Virus record (IMG/VR): IMGVR_UViG_3300046820_002137
Location: 1 to 64,000 of that record
DNA: 64,000 bases
Direction: 5' to 3' (one strand)
From: a virus
In this document: one piece after another, positions 34,046 to 44,569 of the stretch
How positions within the stretch are numbered: the stretch's first letter is position 1
How the letters are laid out: every line of letters starts with the position of its first letter
The notes under the pieces: model-generated
What the model was told of the DNA's origin: nothing
The model's database searches: none
Seen by the model: the letters and a program-made list of their open reading frames with translations, nothing else
Position numbers and translations under genes: made by a program

Positions 34046-35266
34046 ATGGACCAAGAAAAGATTAAAAAAAAAGTAAAAGAGATTTTTGAATCTAATGAAA
34101 AAATAACCGGAGTTTCTTTTGGATATAAAAAGAAAGATGGAAAAAGAACAGGCGAAATAGGGTTCTTAATTACCGTTAAAGAAAAAAAGAATGTTGAGGA
34201 ACTAAGTCCTCAGGAAATTATACCTCAGTCTTACTGGGTAGATGGTATTGAGTACCCTACTGATGTTATAGAAATTGAGTCTAACGAATTTTTAGCTTGT
34301 CCTTCTCAATGTTTAGTACAAAGCACTTATCCAAATATGTTCAAACAAAGACCTATTATGGGGGGATTGAGTATAGGTAATTCTTACGGCCCTTGTTGTG
34401 GGTCAGGTACTATGGGGTTTATCGCTGTTGATAATGTTAGTAACTGTTTGGTTGGTGTTACAAATAGTCACGTTGTTATGGGTATTGATTTTAGAAAATA
34501 CTATACCTCACAATGGAGTGTAAACTCTCAATTAATTAATGGTTTCTCCGATGGAGCTGCGTATCAACCTGGATTATATCCTACAGATGGTGCAAATCCT
34601 TCAACAGACGGAGTTGGTAGGTTAATAAGATACGTACCTCAAACACCACCTACTTCTTACAATAAAGTGGATGGTGCGGTAATGTCTTTAAGTGGTAGTG
34701 TAATAGATTATAATGAGTCATTTAAACAATTTGGTTTAAGTTATAACTCACCAATGGAATTTGCAACAACATCAGAGATAAATAATTTACTTTCAACTCA
34801 TGGTAGTGGAGGTGTATATTCTAGTGGTAGAACTACAGGTCCAAAAGGACCAGGTCCTTGTGAATTAAAAATAACCTCAATTAATGGTGTTGTTACTTTT
34901 TCTGACTCTTGGTTTGAAGATAGTATATTTTATGAAAGAGTTAATTCAGATTGTTTTAATCCTGTTAGGGGTGGCGATTCCGGTTCGGCATTGATTGCCG
35001 ATTTTGGTGGAACTTGGAAAATAATTGGATTAGTTTATATGGGAGCATTTAACAATTCTGGAGTCGCTCTATACGGTGGGGCTTGTCGAATTGACGATGT
35101 TGCCGAATTGTTGGATATTAGCGCTTGGGACGGAGGTCCTAATCCTGTTGTCAGTGTAGTTGAGTATATAACAGTTCCAGGAGGTAGTAATAATAATATG
35201 ATAACATGTAATGGAAAAGAATATTGGCAAATTGGTATGACCGCATTTAACAGTCAATGTACTTAA
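34046..35266 (+). CDS. Trypsin-like serine protease with N-terminal prodomain
   Basis: Triad motifs TNSHVV, VDGAV, GDSGS; GRTTG. Confidence 0.9.
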   Translation: MDQEKIKKKVKEIFESNEKITGVSFGYKKKDGKRTGEIGFLITVKEKKNVEELSPQEIIPQSYWVDGIEYPTDVIEIESNEFLACPSQCLVQSTYPNMFKQRPIMGGLSIGNSYGPCCGSGTMGFIAVDNVSNCLVGVTNSHVVMGIDFRKYYTSQWSVNSQLINGFSDGAAYQPGLYPTDGANPSTDGVGRLIRYVPQTPPTSYNKVDGAVMSLSGSVIDYNESFKQFGLSYNSPMEFATTSEINNLLSTHGSGGVYSSGRTTGPKGPGPCELKITSINGVVTFSDSWFEDSIFYERVNSDCFNPVRGGDSGSALIADFGGTWKIIGLVYMGAFNNSGVALYGGACRIDDVAELLDISAWDGGPNPVVSVVEYITVPGGSNNNMITCNGKEYWQIGMTAFNSQCT

Positions 35267-35275
35267 TATAAATGA

Positions 35276-38200
35276 ATGACTAGTGTTTCAATAAACCAAA
35301 TAACGGGGTGTACTCCCCCATATGATATATACGTTTGTGACGTATATGGTAACCAATGCGTTTGGGTTTTATACGTCGACACTTTTGTACCTCCACCAAT
35401 TACTATAATATTACCGTCTCAATTTGATGACGCCCCCGCGGCGGGAGTTAAAATTGTCTCAATACTTACAGGTTGTGAGGACTTTGAAATCTGTACCTGT
35501 ATTCCTGAACCTACCCCAACTCCAGTACCTACTTTAACTCAAACGATTACGTCAACTATTACTCCTACGGTTACTCAAACTTCAACAATAACCTCAACAC
35601 AAACTAAAACTCAAACTCAAACTCCAACCCAAACTTCAACAATAACACCGACTAATACTCAAACTCAAACAATAACCCCCACTAAAACTCAAACTCAAAC
35701 TCAAACAATAACTCCGACTGTTACAAAAACAGTTACACAAACTAAAACTCAAACTCAAACAATAACACAGACACCAACAATAACAAAAACACAGACTCAA
35801 ACAGTAACACAAACACCAACAGTTACAAAAACAGTTACACAAACTAAAACACAGACTCAAACAGTAACACAAACTCAGACAATAACTCAAACTCAAACAA
35901 TAACTCAAACAATAACTCCAACTATTACATTAACCCAAACTATCACAGTAACCCCAACAATAACAAAAACTCAAACACCAACTGTGACCCAAACTATAAC
36001 TCAAACTATAACAATAACTCCTACAATAACCAAAACTAAAACACCAACCAAAACTCAAACACAAACTATTACAATAACCAAAACAAAAACATCAACAATA
36101 ACACCAACTCCTGATGTTTCTCCAACAGTAACTCCAACTATAACTCCAACTATAACTAAAACTTCAACTATAACTCCAACTATAACTAAAACTTCAACTA
36201 TAACTGTAACTCCAACCATAACCCCAACTATAACTCCAACTGTAACTCCAACCATAACTAAAACACAAACACAAACTGTCACTATCACACCAACAACAAC
36301 TCCAACAATAACTAAAACTATAACACAAACTGTTACAAAAACTCAAACATCTACAGTGACACAAACTGTAACATCTACCATAACACCTACCATAACACCT
36401 ACCATAACTAAAACTCAAACACAAACAATAACACCTACAAAAACAATAACACCTACAAAAACAAAAACACAAACTGTGACATCAACTCCTGATGTTTGTT
36501 ATTGTTATACTGTTTTAAAGAAAAATCCATCAGCAGGTTGTAGTTTATATTGGACTGATTGTAGTGGGGTGTTGCAGTTAAGTGGTACCACTTCATTACC
36601 TGATGTTGAATTTTATCTGTGTGTTAGAAACAAGGATATAGGATTAAATGGTCTTTGTCCGATTGACTCGGTTGAATTGACCGAAGGAAATGTTTGTTTT
36701 TCTTATAACGACTGTCAACCAATAACCCCAACACCAACTAAAACTTCAACATTGACCCCTACTGTAACTCCAAGTCAAACTTCTCCTCCCGGAATTTCAG
36801 AATGCTCGGTAATATTAAACAGTACAAATCCAGTAAGTGCTTACACATATGACGTTGGTTCGTCAACTTTAATACCAATTAATATACCATCAATACTTTC
36901 ATCTCAAGATATTTCTCACATATGGCTAGGCTCCTCTGGGTATCTTTGGATGTATAGTAATGGAGGTCAAATAATTAGACAGTGGGCAATTTCAAGTTTA
37001 GACCCGTTTGTTATAAGTCCAACATTTACTGATATTAGTTATCCACCAGGCTTCCCTGGATTAGGTAATGGTTTAGGATGTATCGATTCAACAACTTTAA
37101 TTTCTTCAACCGCATCTAATCCGTCAAGTATTATTGAAATCGATATTTCAACTACTCCATTTACCTATACAACTTTAGTAACATTACCGTCGGGGTATGT
37201 AATTTCCGGTGATATATTGTTATCTACAACAGGTCAATTAATTTTCACAGTTAGAAGGCCTATTCCATTACCCGCACAATCATTCATATATCAATATGAT
37301 TACCCATCAATGAGTAATGAATTGATAATCGATATTACTTCAACAATCTCATCTCCTTTAGGTATTTTCCAAGATAGTGGTAATTTTTATATCGCCTCTT
37401 CAAATGGAACAATATATGAGGTAAGTACATCTTCTCCATATACCACAACTCAAGTTGATTCCGTTTCGTCTACTTTGAATGGTGCATCTCAATCTCCACA
37501 ATGTATAACAACTAGTTTCCAACCAATACCCCCTTCATTTTTCGTGGTAAGTGTTGCTTCAGGTTTAGACACCACAGAATCTTGTGAGAATTGGGTTAAC
37601 CCAATTAATAGATTTAATGTTTATTCGTCACCTTATGGTTCAGGCTCAATAACCGCTAATACTTCTTATTTTTATTCGGATTCATCTTTAACCACACCAT
37701 TACCATTTGGAAGTAGAGTTTCTGATGGCATTAAATCATATGAGATTGGGTCACTAGGATTAGTTATTAGTGATTCGACATGTGTAACCCCAACTCCAAC
37801 AATGACAAATACCATTACTCCAACTCAAACTATGACCATTACGTCAACAAATACCATTACTCCAACTCAGACCACAACTCCAACAGTGACAAATACTATT
37901 ACTTCAACTCAGACCACAACTCCAACAGTGACAAATACTATTACTCCAACTCAAACTATCACTAAAACAGTAACAAATACGATTACCCCAACCCCGACTA
38001 TGACTCTAACAGTAACAAATACTGTAACTAATACAACAACAATTACTCCAACATTTTATCCACCAGAAAAAGCTTTCTTTAGTGGGTGTTGTAAAGAATA
38101 CGGAAATATTTTAATTTATGATATACCATTTTCTGTTTTTTCAGGTTTGGTTGATAATACTGTTTACTATATTAATAACACATTCTTCAACGGATGTGCA

Positions 38201-41200
38201 ACATATAAAACAAATTTATCAAGTTCAATATTTGAATACCAATATTCTATAACAGATTCATTTTCATCTCAAACAGATTGTAATTCTTGTTCGGTAAATT
38301 CATCTGTATTTTGTCCTTCGCCAACACCAACGCCAACTAAAACATCTACAGTTACACCAACACCAACTAAAACATCTACGGTAACACCAACCCTAACTAA
38401 GACATCTACAGTAACTCCAACCCCTGCGTACTGTTTAGAAACTTGTGATATTATTTATACAAATTCAGTAAATGTAACTTATCTATATAGACCAGCAACA
38501 GATACTAGTTTCCTTCTTTTACCAAATCCTGGATTTTTAGTGAGTGGTTTAGCTCACTCCGCTAACAAATTATGGATGAATACTTCAAATTCAGCATTAA
38601 TACGAGAATGGGATATTACATTATGTCGTTTTTCATACACACCAAGTGCCACAATTAACACTCCTTGGAATGTAGGTGGGGGATTATTTGCCATAAATGA
38701 CTCGACATTAATTGTTTCTAGAACATACACCAATCAAACTGGTGATGTTATATACGAATTAGACGTTTCGGTCGCACCTCCATTATCCACTTTAAAATTC
38801 TCATTAGGATTTGAAAGAAAATTACAGGATATGGTATTAACAACAACTAACAAATTAATAACTATAACATTCAATATTAACACCTTAGTTTGTTTTTTGA
38901 ATCAATTTAATTATTCCACAAATGTAAATGAATTACAAATAACTTTACCTTGGGTTGCCGCTGGTTTATTCCAATATAATAACGAACTATACCTTGTAAC
39001 TCAAAGTGGAGGAAATTATTATAAGATAGATTTAACTTTTCCATTTAACTTAACTTTTGTTCAAAACTTAGCATTTTCAACAAATGACTTATCTCAAATA
39101 TACGGTTGCATAACATTACAATTTGAAATACCTACCCCTACTCCAACATTGACCCAAACTCCAACCATAACCCCAACCATAACTACAACAATAACAACAA
39201 CTCTGACTCCTACTCCAACATTGACCCAAACTCAATTACCAGTTATTTCGGAATGTTCGGTTTTATTAAACAGTTCTTCACCCGCTAGCGCATACACCTA
39301 TAATTTAGGTTCCTCTGTTGTAGTACCATTAAATCTACCAGATATAATTTCTTCACAAGATATATCTCATTTTTGGTCAGGTTCAACAGGATATATTTGG
39401 TTATATAATAATGTTTTAGATGTTATTAGACAATGGGAAATAACAAGTTTAAATCCATTTTTAGTTAATCCTTCTTATACAGATATTTCATATGATGCAG
39501 GTATAAGCGCATTAGGTAATGGATTAGGATGTATAAACTCAACCACACTAATATCTTCAATTGCCTCTAACCCATCACAAATTATAACTATCGATATTTC
39601 AACTAGTCCATTTACTTACACAACAATATATGAATTACCAAGTAATTATGTAATTGCCGGTGATTTACTATTAACAACTAATAATAAATTAATTTTTACC
39701 GCAAGATTAGTTAGTGTACCATCTCAGTCATTTGTTTATCAATATGATTTTCCATCTATGACTAATGAAGTTGAGGTGAATATTACTTCAACAATTACTT
39801 CTCCTTTAGGATTATTCCAAGATAGCGGTAATTTGTATGTAGTATCCTCTTCAGGTCAAATGTATCAAATAAATAATAATTATCCTTATAATTTAACTCT
39901 TATTGATTCGGTATCAACTAACTTAAATGGGGCATCACAATCACCTCAATGTATAACCACTGGATTAACTTACTATGAACCATTACAATTGACTTTTGAG
40001 AATTGTTGTGATGGGACAATATTATACGTTTATAACATACCTTTCTCCACCGCATCTACTATTAGTATTGGACAAACCTATTATATAGAAACAGATAATT
40101 ATTCAGGTTGTTATTTTAATGTTGTAGAACAAACTCCAAATTATATAAGTCAGTTTGTAGATATATCAACATTATTCTTAAATTGTATTGATTGTACAAA
40201 TTTATATAATTGTCCTGGAGTTACTCCAACCCCAACTACAACTGTTACATCAACAAATACCCCAACTATGTCAATCACACCAACAATAACTTTAAGCCCA
40301 ACTATAACTAAAACTGTAACCGTAACAAATACACCTAATGTTTGTTATTGTTATACTTTATTAAAGGAAAACCCTTCAATAAGTTGTGATTTATATTGGA
40401 CAGATTGTGATGGAGTATTAAAGGTGAGTGGTACAACTTCTCTACCTGATGGTAATTTTTATTTATGTGTTCAAAATAAAGTAATAGGTACTTCAGGTTC
40501 ATGTTTTGCAAATGCTGTTGAATTTACTGAAGGTGGAATTTGTTTCTCAGATATCGATTGTTTACCTCCGACCCCAAGTCCAACTACAACCCCCACCATT
40601 ACACCAACAGTAACAAGAACTCCAACGATGAGTATTACACCTACAATAACTTTAAGTCCAACTATAACACAAACCAACACTCAGACCATAACAATTACCC
40701 CGAGTCCATCTTCTTACCCTATTTTAGCCTTTGTTAGTGTATGGTCAGGTTCATCAGTTACGTTACCTTACAATGGAATTGGTACTTATACAGGAACAAT
40801 TTATTGGGGGGATGGTTCTGTATCTGCAAATACGTTTGCAAATAGGACTCATACGTACTCAGGTAGTGGTACATGGACAATTGTGATTGATGGTACTATA
40901 ACTGGATGGTCATCAGGAAATGCTCCAACTCAAAGTAATAAATTATTAGAAATAAAACAGTGGGGTAAAGTTAAAAATGTTTTTGGTCAGTCAGCCTCAT
41001 TTAGTGGATGTAGTAACTTGGTATTAACAGGCGTTACAGACACTTATGACTTTAATGGTGTAACTAATACTGTAAATATGTTCCCAGGTTGTACTTCAAT
41101 AACGACAATAAACAATATATCAAGTTGGAATGTTTCCGGTGTAACTAATCTTGGTAACATGTTTAATGGATGTATTAATTTTAATGATGATATTACTACT

Positions 41201-41503
41201 TGGGATGTTTCTAATGTAATTTCAGTATCTAACATGTTATATAGTGCAACTTCATTTAATCAAAATTTAGGTAGTTGGGATATTTCTAATGTATCTGGTT
41301 TTAGTGACTTTATGGCCTACTGTGGAATATCAACTGCGAATTATGATAATACTTTGGTAGGATGGGCTAATTTAACATTACAAACTGGAAGGTATTTTGG
41401 AGCGTATGGTTTAACATATACATCCGCAGGTGCGGGCGGAACGGCTAGAAGTTCCATAATCTCAAATTATTCTTGGAGCTTTGTGGGAGACTCTGGTGTA
41501 TAA
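35276..41503 (+). CDS. Giant modular Thr-rich adhesin/fibre-like protein with C-terminal BspA/DUF285 repeats
   Basis: 2075 aa; T-x stalks, three propeller-like repeats, Cys modules, IYWGDG PKD-like domain, WNVSGVTNLGNMF / WDVSNV repeats. Confidence 0.8.
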   Translation: MTSVSINQITGCTPPYDIYVCDVYGNQCVWVLYVDTFVPPPITIILPSQFDDAPAAGVKIVSILTGCEDFEICTCIPEPTPTPVPTLTQTITSTITPTVTQTSTITSTQTKTQTQTPTQTSTITPTNTQTQTITPTKTQTQTQTITPTVTKTVTQTKTQTQTITQTPTITKTQTQTVTQTPTVTKTVTQTKTQTQTVTQTQTITQTQTITQTITPTITLTQTITVTPTITKTQTPTVTQTITQTITITPTITKTKTPTKTQTQTITITKTKTSTITPTPDVSPTVTPTITPTITKTSTITPTITKTSTITVTPTITPTITPTVTPTITKTQTQTVTITPTTTPTITKTITQTVTKTQTSTVTQTVTSTITPTITPTITKTQTQTITPTKTITPTKTKTQTVTSTPDVCYCYTVLKKNPSAGCSLYWTDCSGVLQLSGTTSLPDVEFYLCVRNKDIGLNGLCPIDSVELTEGNVCFSYNDCQPITPTPTKTSTLTPTVTPSQTSPPGISECSVILNSTNPVSAYTYDVGSSTLIPINIPSILSSQDISHIWLGSSGYLWMYSNGGQIIRQWAISSLDPFVISPTFTDISYPPGFPGLGNGLGCIDSTTLISSTASNPSSIIEIDISTTPFTYTTLVTLPSGYVISGDILLSTTGQLIFTVRRPIPLPAQSFIYQYDYPSMSNELIIDITSTISSPLGIFQDSGNFYIASSNGTIYEVSTSSPYTTTQVDSVSSTLNGASQSPQCITTSFQPIPPSFFVVSVASGLDTTESCENWVNPINRFNVYSSPYGSGSITANTSYFYSDSSLTTPLPFGSRVSDGIKSYEIGSLGLVISDSTCVTPTPTMTNTITPTQTMTITSTNTITPTQTTTPTVTNTITSTQTTTPTVTNTITPTQTITKTVTNTITPTPTMTLTVTNTVTNTTTITPTFYPPEKAFFSGCCKEYGNILIYDIPFSVFSGLVDNTVYYINNTFFNGCATYKTNLSSSIFEYQYSITDSFSSQTDCNSCSVNSSVFCPSPTPTPTKTSTVTPTPTKTSTVTPTLTKTSTVTPTPAYCLETCDIIYTNSVNVTYLYRPATDTSFLLLPNPGFLVSGLAHSANKLWMNTSNSALIREWDITLCRFSYTPSATINTPWNVGGGLFAINDSTLIVSRTYTNQTGDVIYELDVSVAPPLSTLKFSLGFERKLQDMVLTTTNKLITITFNINTLVCFLNQFNYSTNVNELQITLPWVAAGLFQYNNELYLVTQSGGNYYKIDLTFPFNLTFVQNLAFSTNDLSQIYGCITLQFEIPTPTPTLTQTPTITPTITTTITTTLTPTPTLTQTQLPVISECSVLLNSSSPASAYTYNLGSSVVVPLNLPDIISSQDISHFWSGSTGYIWLYNNVLDVIRQWEITSLNPFLVNPSYTDISYDAGISALGNGLGCINSTTLISSIASNPSQIITIDISTSPFTYTTIYELPSNYVIAGDLLLTTNNKLIFTARLVSVPSQSFVYQYDFPSMTNEVEVNITSTITSPLGLFQDSGNLYVVSSSGQMYQINNNYPYNLTLIDSVSTNLNGASQSPQCITTGLTYYEPLQLTFENCCDGTILYVYNIPFSTASTISIGQTYYIETDNYSGCYFNVVEQTPNYISQFVDISTLFLNCIDCTNLYNCPGVTPTPTTTVTSTNTPTMSITPTITLSPTITKTVTVTNTPNVCYCYTLLKENPSISCDLYWTDCDGVLKVSGTTSLPDGNFYLCVQNKVIGTSGSCFANAVEFTEGGICFSDIDCLPPTPSPTTTPTITPTVTRTPTMSITPTITLSPTITQTNTQTITITPSPSSYPILAFVSVWSGSSVTLPYNGIGTYTGTIYWGDGSVSANTFANRTHTYSGSGTWTIVIDGTITGWSSGNAPTQSNKLLEIKQWGKVKNVFGQSASFSGCSNLVLTGVTDTYDFNGVTNTVNMFPGCTSITTINNISSWNVSGVTNLGNMFNGCINFNDDITTWDVSNVISVSNMLYSATSFNQNLGSWDISNVSGFSDFMAYCGISTANYDNTLVGWANLTLQTGRYFGAYGLTYTSAGAGGTARSSIISNYSWSFVGDSGV
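35507..36490 (+). repeat. Low-complexity coding repeat, Thr at almost every second residue
   Basis: ACN-xxx hexamer periodicity encoding TQTQT / TPTIT / TKTVT. Confidence 0.9.
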
Positions 41504-41508
41504 TAAAA

Positions 41509-41532
41509 AATCCCGTAAATATTTACGGGATT
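41509..41532. terminator. Perfect palindrome between convergent genes, probable bidirectional terminator
   Basis: AATCCCGTAAAT|ATTTACGGGATT. Confidence 0.75.
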
Positions 41533-41553
41533 AATCTATTTAAAAAATTTTAA

Positions 41554-42144
41554 TTATTTTTTATTAAGATAACTCAATACAACAGTATATGAGTCGGACA
41601 TATCAAAATTTTCTTTTTTGAGTGTGTTGTTTTTTGTATACATCCACTGAATTTGTGGTTCTCTTTTAGCCACTAAATCCCAAATTATTTGTTTTTTATC
41701 ACAATCTTTAGGATGTCCTCCAAATAAAACAAACTTACCTTTATCATTCTTTTGTACTAACTCAGGAAATGCGGTTTTTCTTGACTCATATGTTGAAATA
41801 TATTCAGGTACAATTCCAAGAACATCATAAACTTCTTTACTTATTAAAGTATTATATCTTAATAAAGTACCAATTGTGTACGCGTTATTTGAATTTAATA
41901 GTGGTTCTTCGATAACACACTTAACAATACCTAAACCCTTATACTCTTCTAATTTTTTTCTAAAAGAAGTTGATTTAAGAAGTAATTCTTCCATCTTGTT
42001 TTCTGAAGTTGGTTTAGGTCTAGGAGATATATGAGTTAACTCTAAAAGTTGTTTAGTGTTCATGTCAAATAGAGCCCAACCAATGGTTTTGGTGGATATA
42101 TCAAGTCCTAAAATTTTAGGACTTTCTTTTAAAGATTTCTTCAT
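41554..42144 (-). CDS. ruvC: RuvC-like Holliday junction resolvase
   Basis: ILGLDISTKTIGW, VIEE, DKKQ, DMSDS acidic motifs; likely start MKKSLK. Confidence 0.8.
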   Translation of the reverse strand: MKKSLKESPKILGLDISTKTIGWALFDMNTKQLLELTHISPRPKPTSENKMEELLLKSTSFRKKLEEYKGLGIVKCVIEEPLLNSNNAYTIGTLLRYNTLISKEVYDVLGIVPEYISTYESRKTAFPELVQKNDKGKFVLFGGHPKDCDKKQIIWDLVAKREPQIQWMYTKNNTLKKENFDMSDSYTVVLSYLNKK

Positions 42145-42148
42145 AAAA

Positions 42149-44542
42149 TTAAAAATCAAACTTTATCAAAAACTGTTGTATGCCTGTTCTTAGAACGGGA
42201 GACTGCATTTTTGATATAATCATAAGATTTTTGTCGTCATCGTAAAGACCAATGTCTGTTATATAAGAAGAAGTACCAGGGGTCCAAGTAGGATTTGTTG
42301 TATTTTGGAAATCAGCATTACCCAAATTAACTTTATATCTCATCTCATATATTGTCGCTTGAATGTCAGTTTCAATAGAACCATAAAAATAATATTCATC
42401 TCCAAAATTCAAAGTAATCCCTTGTTGACCTATTGTTGTTAATGAAATTAAGTCAGCCAAGTTAAATGGGGAGGCATTACTATAATCATCACTAGTTATT
42501 ACAAAAGTTGTCGATGAAAAAGCTCCAGGAGGAATAAACCCATTAATTAAATAATCTTGTAAATCCAATGTTTTATTAATAACCCTCCAATCAGATGGGT
42601 CGGGCCTTTGGTCCCCCTCAACTATTTGAGCTAAAACATAAAATTGGTCAGCAATAAAACCTTGTACATTTGAGGGTGAGGCGTCAGGAACATTCATACA
42701 GGCGAACTCATTACCAAAATTAATCGCAACATCTTTTGCAACAGAATCACAACTAGGGTTTGGACCTTGTATTTTTGAATAGTAATTACAGTGTAAAAAA
42801 TTAGTAAATGTTGTTGAATTATACATCAAATATGTTATGTACATATACTGAGTATTCCCAGTTAACAATCCATCATAAGGTGTGGTTCCGCTTCCTCCAC
42901 AAACATTAGGAACAACTAAGCTTAATCTAGGTGCTGGCAAAGTCCAATTTCGATTAGACTTATATGACATCGCAGCAATTATTTCCTCATCATCAATAAT
43001 AATAATATGGTCATCAGGAAATACTTTACCAATTCTGCTAGGATAACCATCTTCATTAGCATTACCATCCCAAAGGTGAAAATATCTATGACCAGGTCTG
43101 TTCATATCTTGGTTAAAATTTGATGTTAAATAATGAGCTTGGAATAAATTTAAAGTCGCAAACCCTGGAGGGTCTACCCAAAATGTTTGTCCGCTACAAC
43201 ATGTCGGTGATTTATGCCACATTAACCAAGGTATGTGTAATCTAAAATTACGCCCCTCTCCTGTTGTATCAGCAGGTAGTGATGGGTCATGAGCCTGCAT
43301 TGCAAACTTTTCCCCATAAAAATAATCTATAGTTTGATTTGTATAATGTATTATCGCAATTGCCTTTTGTTCTTCAGGTCTAACAGTTATTCTATCACCT
43401 AATGAGTTATTATAAAAAACAGAACTACTATCTGTTTGTCCAGAACTTGATGAATATCCATAGTATTCTTTACTACCAAGATATTCAACTGAACCAAATC
43501 CTGCGTAATCTACGTATGTTGATGACATTAACCCTGCCGGATTTTCAGACCAAGGAATATTCATATTCCAAATTTTTGTATCAAATTGGTCAGTATCACA
43601 AACAGATTCAAAATTAATAACATCATCTCTCCAATGTTCTCTTGGGGTAAGACTATCGTAAAGTTCAGTCATACCAGATGGGTAAAATAAAATTCTTCCG
43701 AAACAACCGCTCGCAAAGTAACTAAAGTTCGGTGTAGGTCTATCCAATTCAATTATATTATTACAAAATGAAACTACTTTATACGTTAGTATCGGATAAC
43801 AATTTGTAAATGACATTAAACATGGTGTAGGTTCAGGTGGGGTGCAAATGAATCTAGTAGGTTCAGGTGGACAATTAGTACCTGATGGGGTTGGTGTTGG
43901 TAATGGGGTTTCACAAGGATATTCAGGTTGTTGTGGGGGTGTTGATGACGGAGTTGGTGTTGGAGTAGGTGAAGTTGGGATTACACAACTACAATTATTA
44001 GCCCCAACTCCATTGTAATATATTGTTATAATATCTCCTGATTGAGGTAGTCTTAATATATTACTGTTACATGCTGAAAAAGACACCTCTATTGTATTAC
44101 TACCATTTAAAGTAGTCATATCAACAATATAGTTTGAATTTAAAGCTATATTACCTGTAGTAATAGCACTCCAATCTAAAGTACTAGCGGTTAAATCAGC
44201 ACTAAAAAATCCTCTCATAGCGGCGGTATTAAACACATCGTATATTTGAGAATCTGCATTTGGTACTCCATATGTGTTACCTTGCAAACCTTTAACGTAA
44301 TACGGATATTTGATATATTGTTTATTAGGTTCACATCCAAAACTATTATTATGAGAGTTGAATCCAGGTGTTAATATCATAGTGTCAAACTGATTGTAGG
44401 TTGAAGGTAAATTATAAGTAACCTCACAATCTCCAATTTGAAAATAAGATATATTAAAGTTACCTTGTGATAGTTTTTTTCTACCTGCGTCAGTTAACCT
44501 TGAATTTATTAGACCTGATGTATTTTTAAGTATGTAACTCAT
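42149..44542 (-). CDS. Baseplate/tail-fibre attachment structural protein
   Basis: LTDAGRKKL...FQIGD N-terminus and ITDIGLYDDDKNLMIISK C-terminus typical of tail-collar/baseplate domains. Confidence 0.65.
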   Translation of the reverse strand: MSYILKNTSGLINSRLTDAGRKKLSQGNFNISYFQIGDCEVTYNLPSTYNQFDTMILTPGFNSHNNSFGCEPNKQYIKYPYYVKGLQGNTYGVPNADSQIYDVFNTAAMRGFFSADLTASTLDWSAITTGNIALNSNYIVDMTTLNGSNTIEVSFSACNSNILRLPQSGDIITIYYNGVGANNCSCVIPTSPTPTPTPSSTPPQQPEYPCETPLPTPTPSGTNCPPEPTRFICTPPEPTPCLMSFTNCYPILTYKVVSFCNNIIELDRPTPNFSYFASGCFGRILFYPSGMTELYDSLTPREHWRDDVINFESVCDTDQFDTKIWNMNIPWSENPAGLMSSTYVDYAGFGSVEYLGSKEYYGYSSSSGQTDSSSVFYNNSLGDRITVRPEEQKAIAIIHYTNQTIDYFYGEKFAMQAHDPSLPADTTGEGRNFRLHIPWLMWHKSPTCCSGQTFWVDPPGFATLNLFQAHYLTSNFNQDMNRPGHRYFHLWDGNANEDGYPSRIGKVFPDDHIIIIDDEEIIAAMSYKSNRNWTLPAPRLSLVVPNVCGGSGTTPYDGLLTGNTQYMYITYLMYNSTTFTNFLHCNYYSKIQGPNPSCDSVAKDVAINFGNEFACMNVPDASPSNVQGFIADQFYVLAQIVEGDQRPDPSDWRVINKTLDLQDYLINGFIPPGAFSSTTFVITSDDYSNASPFNLADLISLTTIGQQGITLNFGDEYYFYGSIETDIQATIYEMRYKVNLGNADFQNTTNPTWTPGTSSYITDIGLYDDDKNLMIISKMQSPVLRTGIQQFLIKFDF

Positions 44543-44569
44543 TTGTTATAAATATACTTTTTAAAGTTT

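Noticed and set aside
35636-36472. Cys/Val-rich antisense ORFs (35636, 36055, 36194)
   Set aside because: Shadows of the Thr-repeat codons on the opposite strand
35507-38050. Possible CRISPR array or ncRNA repeat
   Set aside because: Repeats are degenerate codon-phase Thr tracts within an ORF, with no constant repeat plus unique spacer structure
36490-40565. Diversity-generating retroelement template/variable repeat pair
   Set aside because: Duplicated segments differ at all four bases, mostly third positions, not only adenines; both are coding; no reverse transcriptase in the window
41554-42144. RuvC as TnpB/Cas12-like effector
   Set aside because: Under 200 aa, no zinc finger or REC/WED region, no flanking RNA or array; typical phage resolvase
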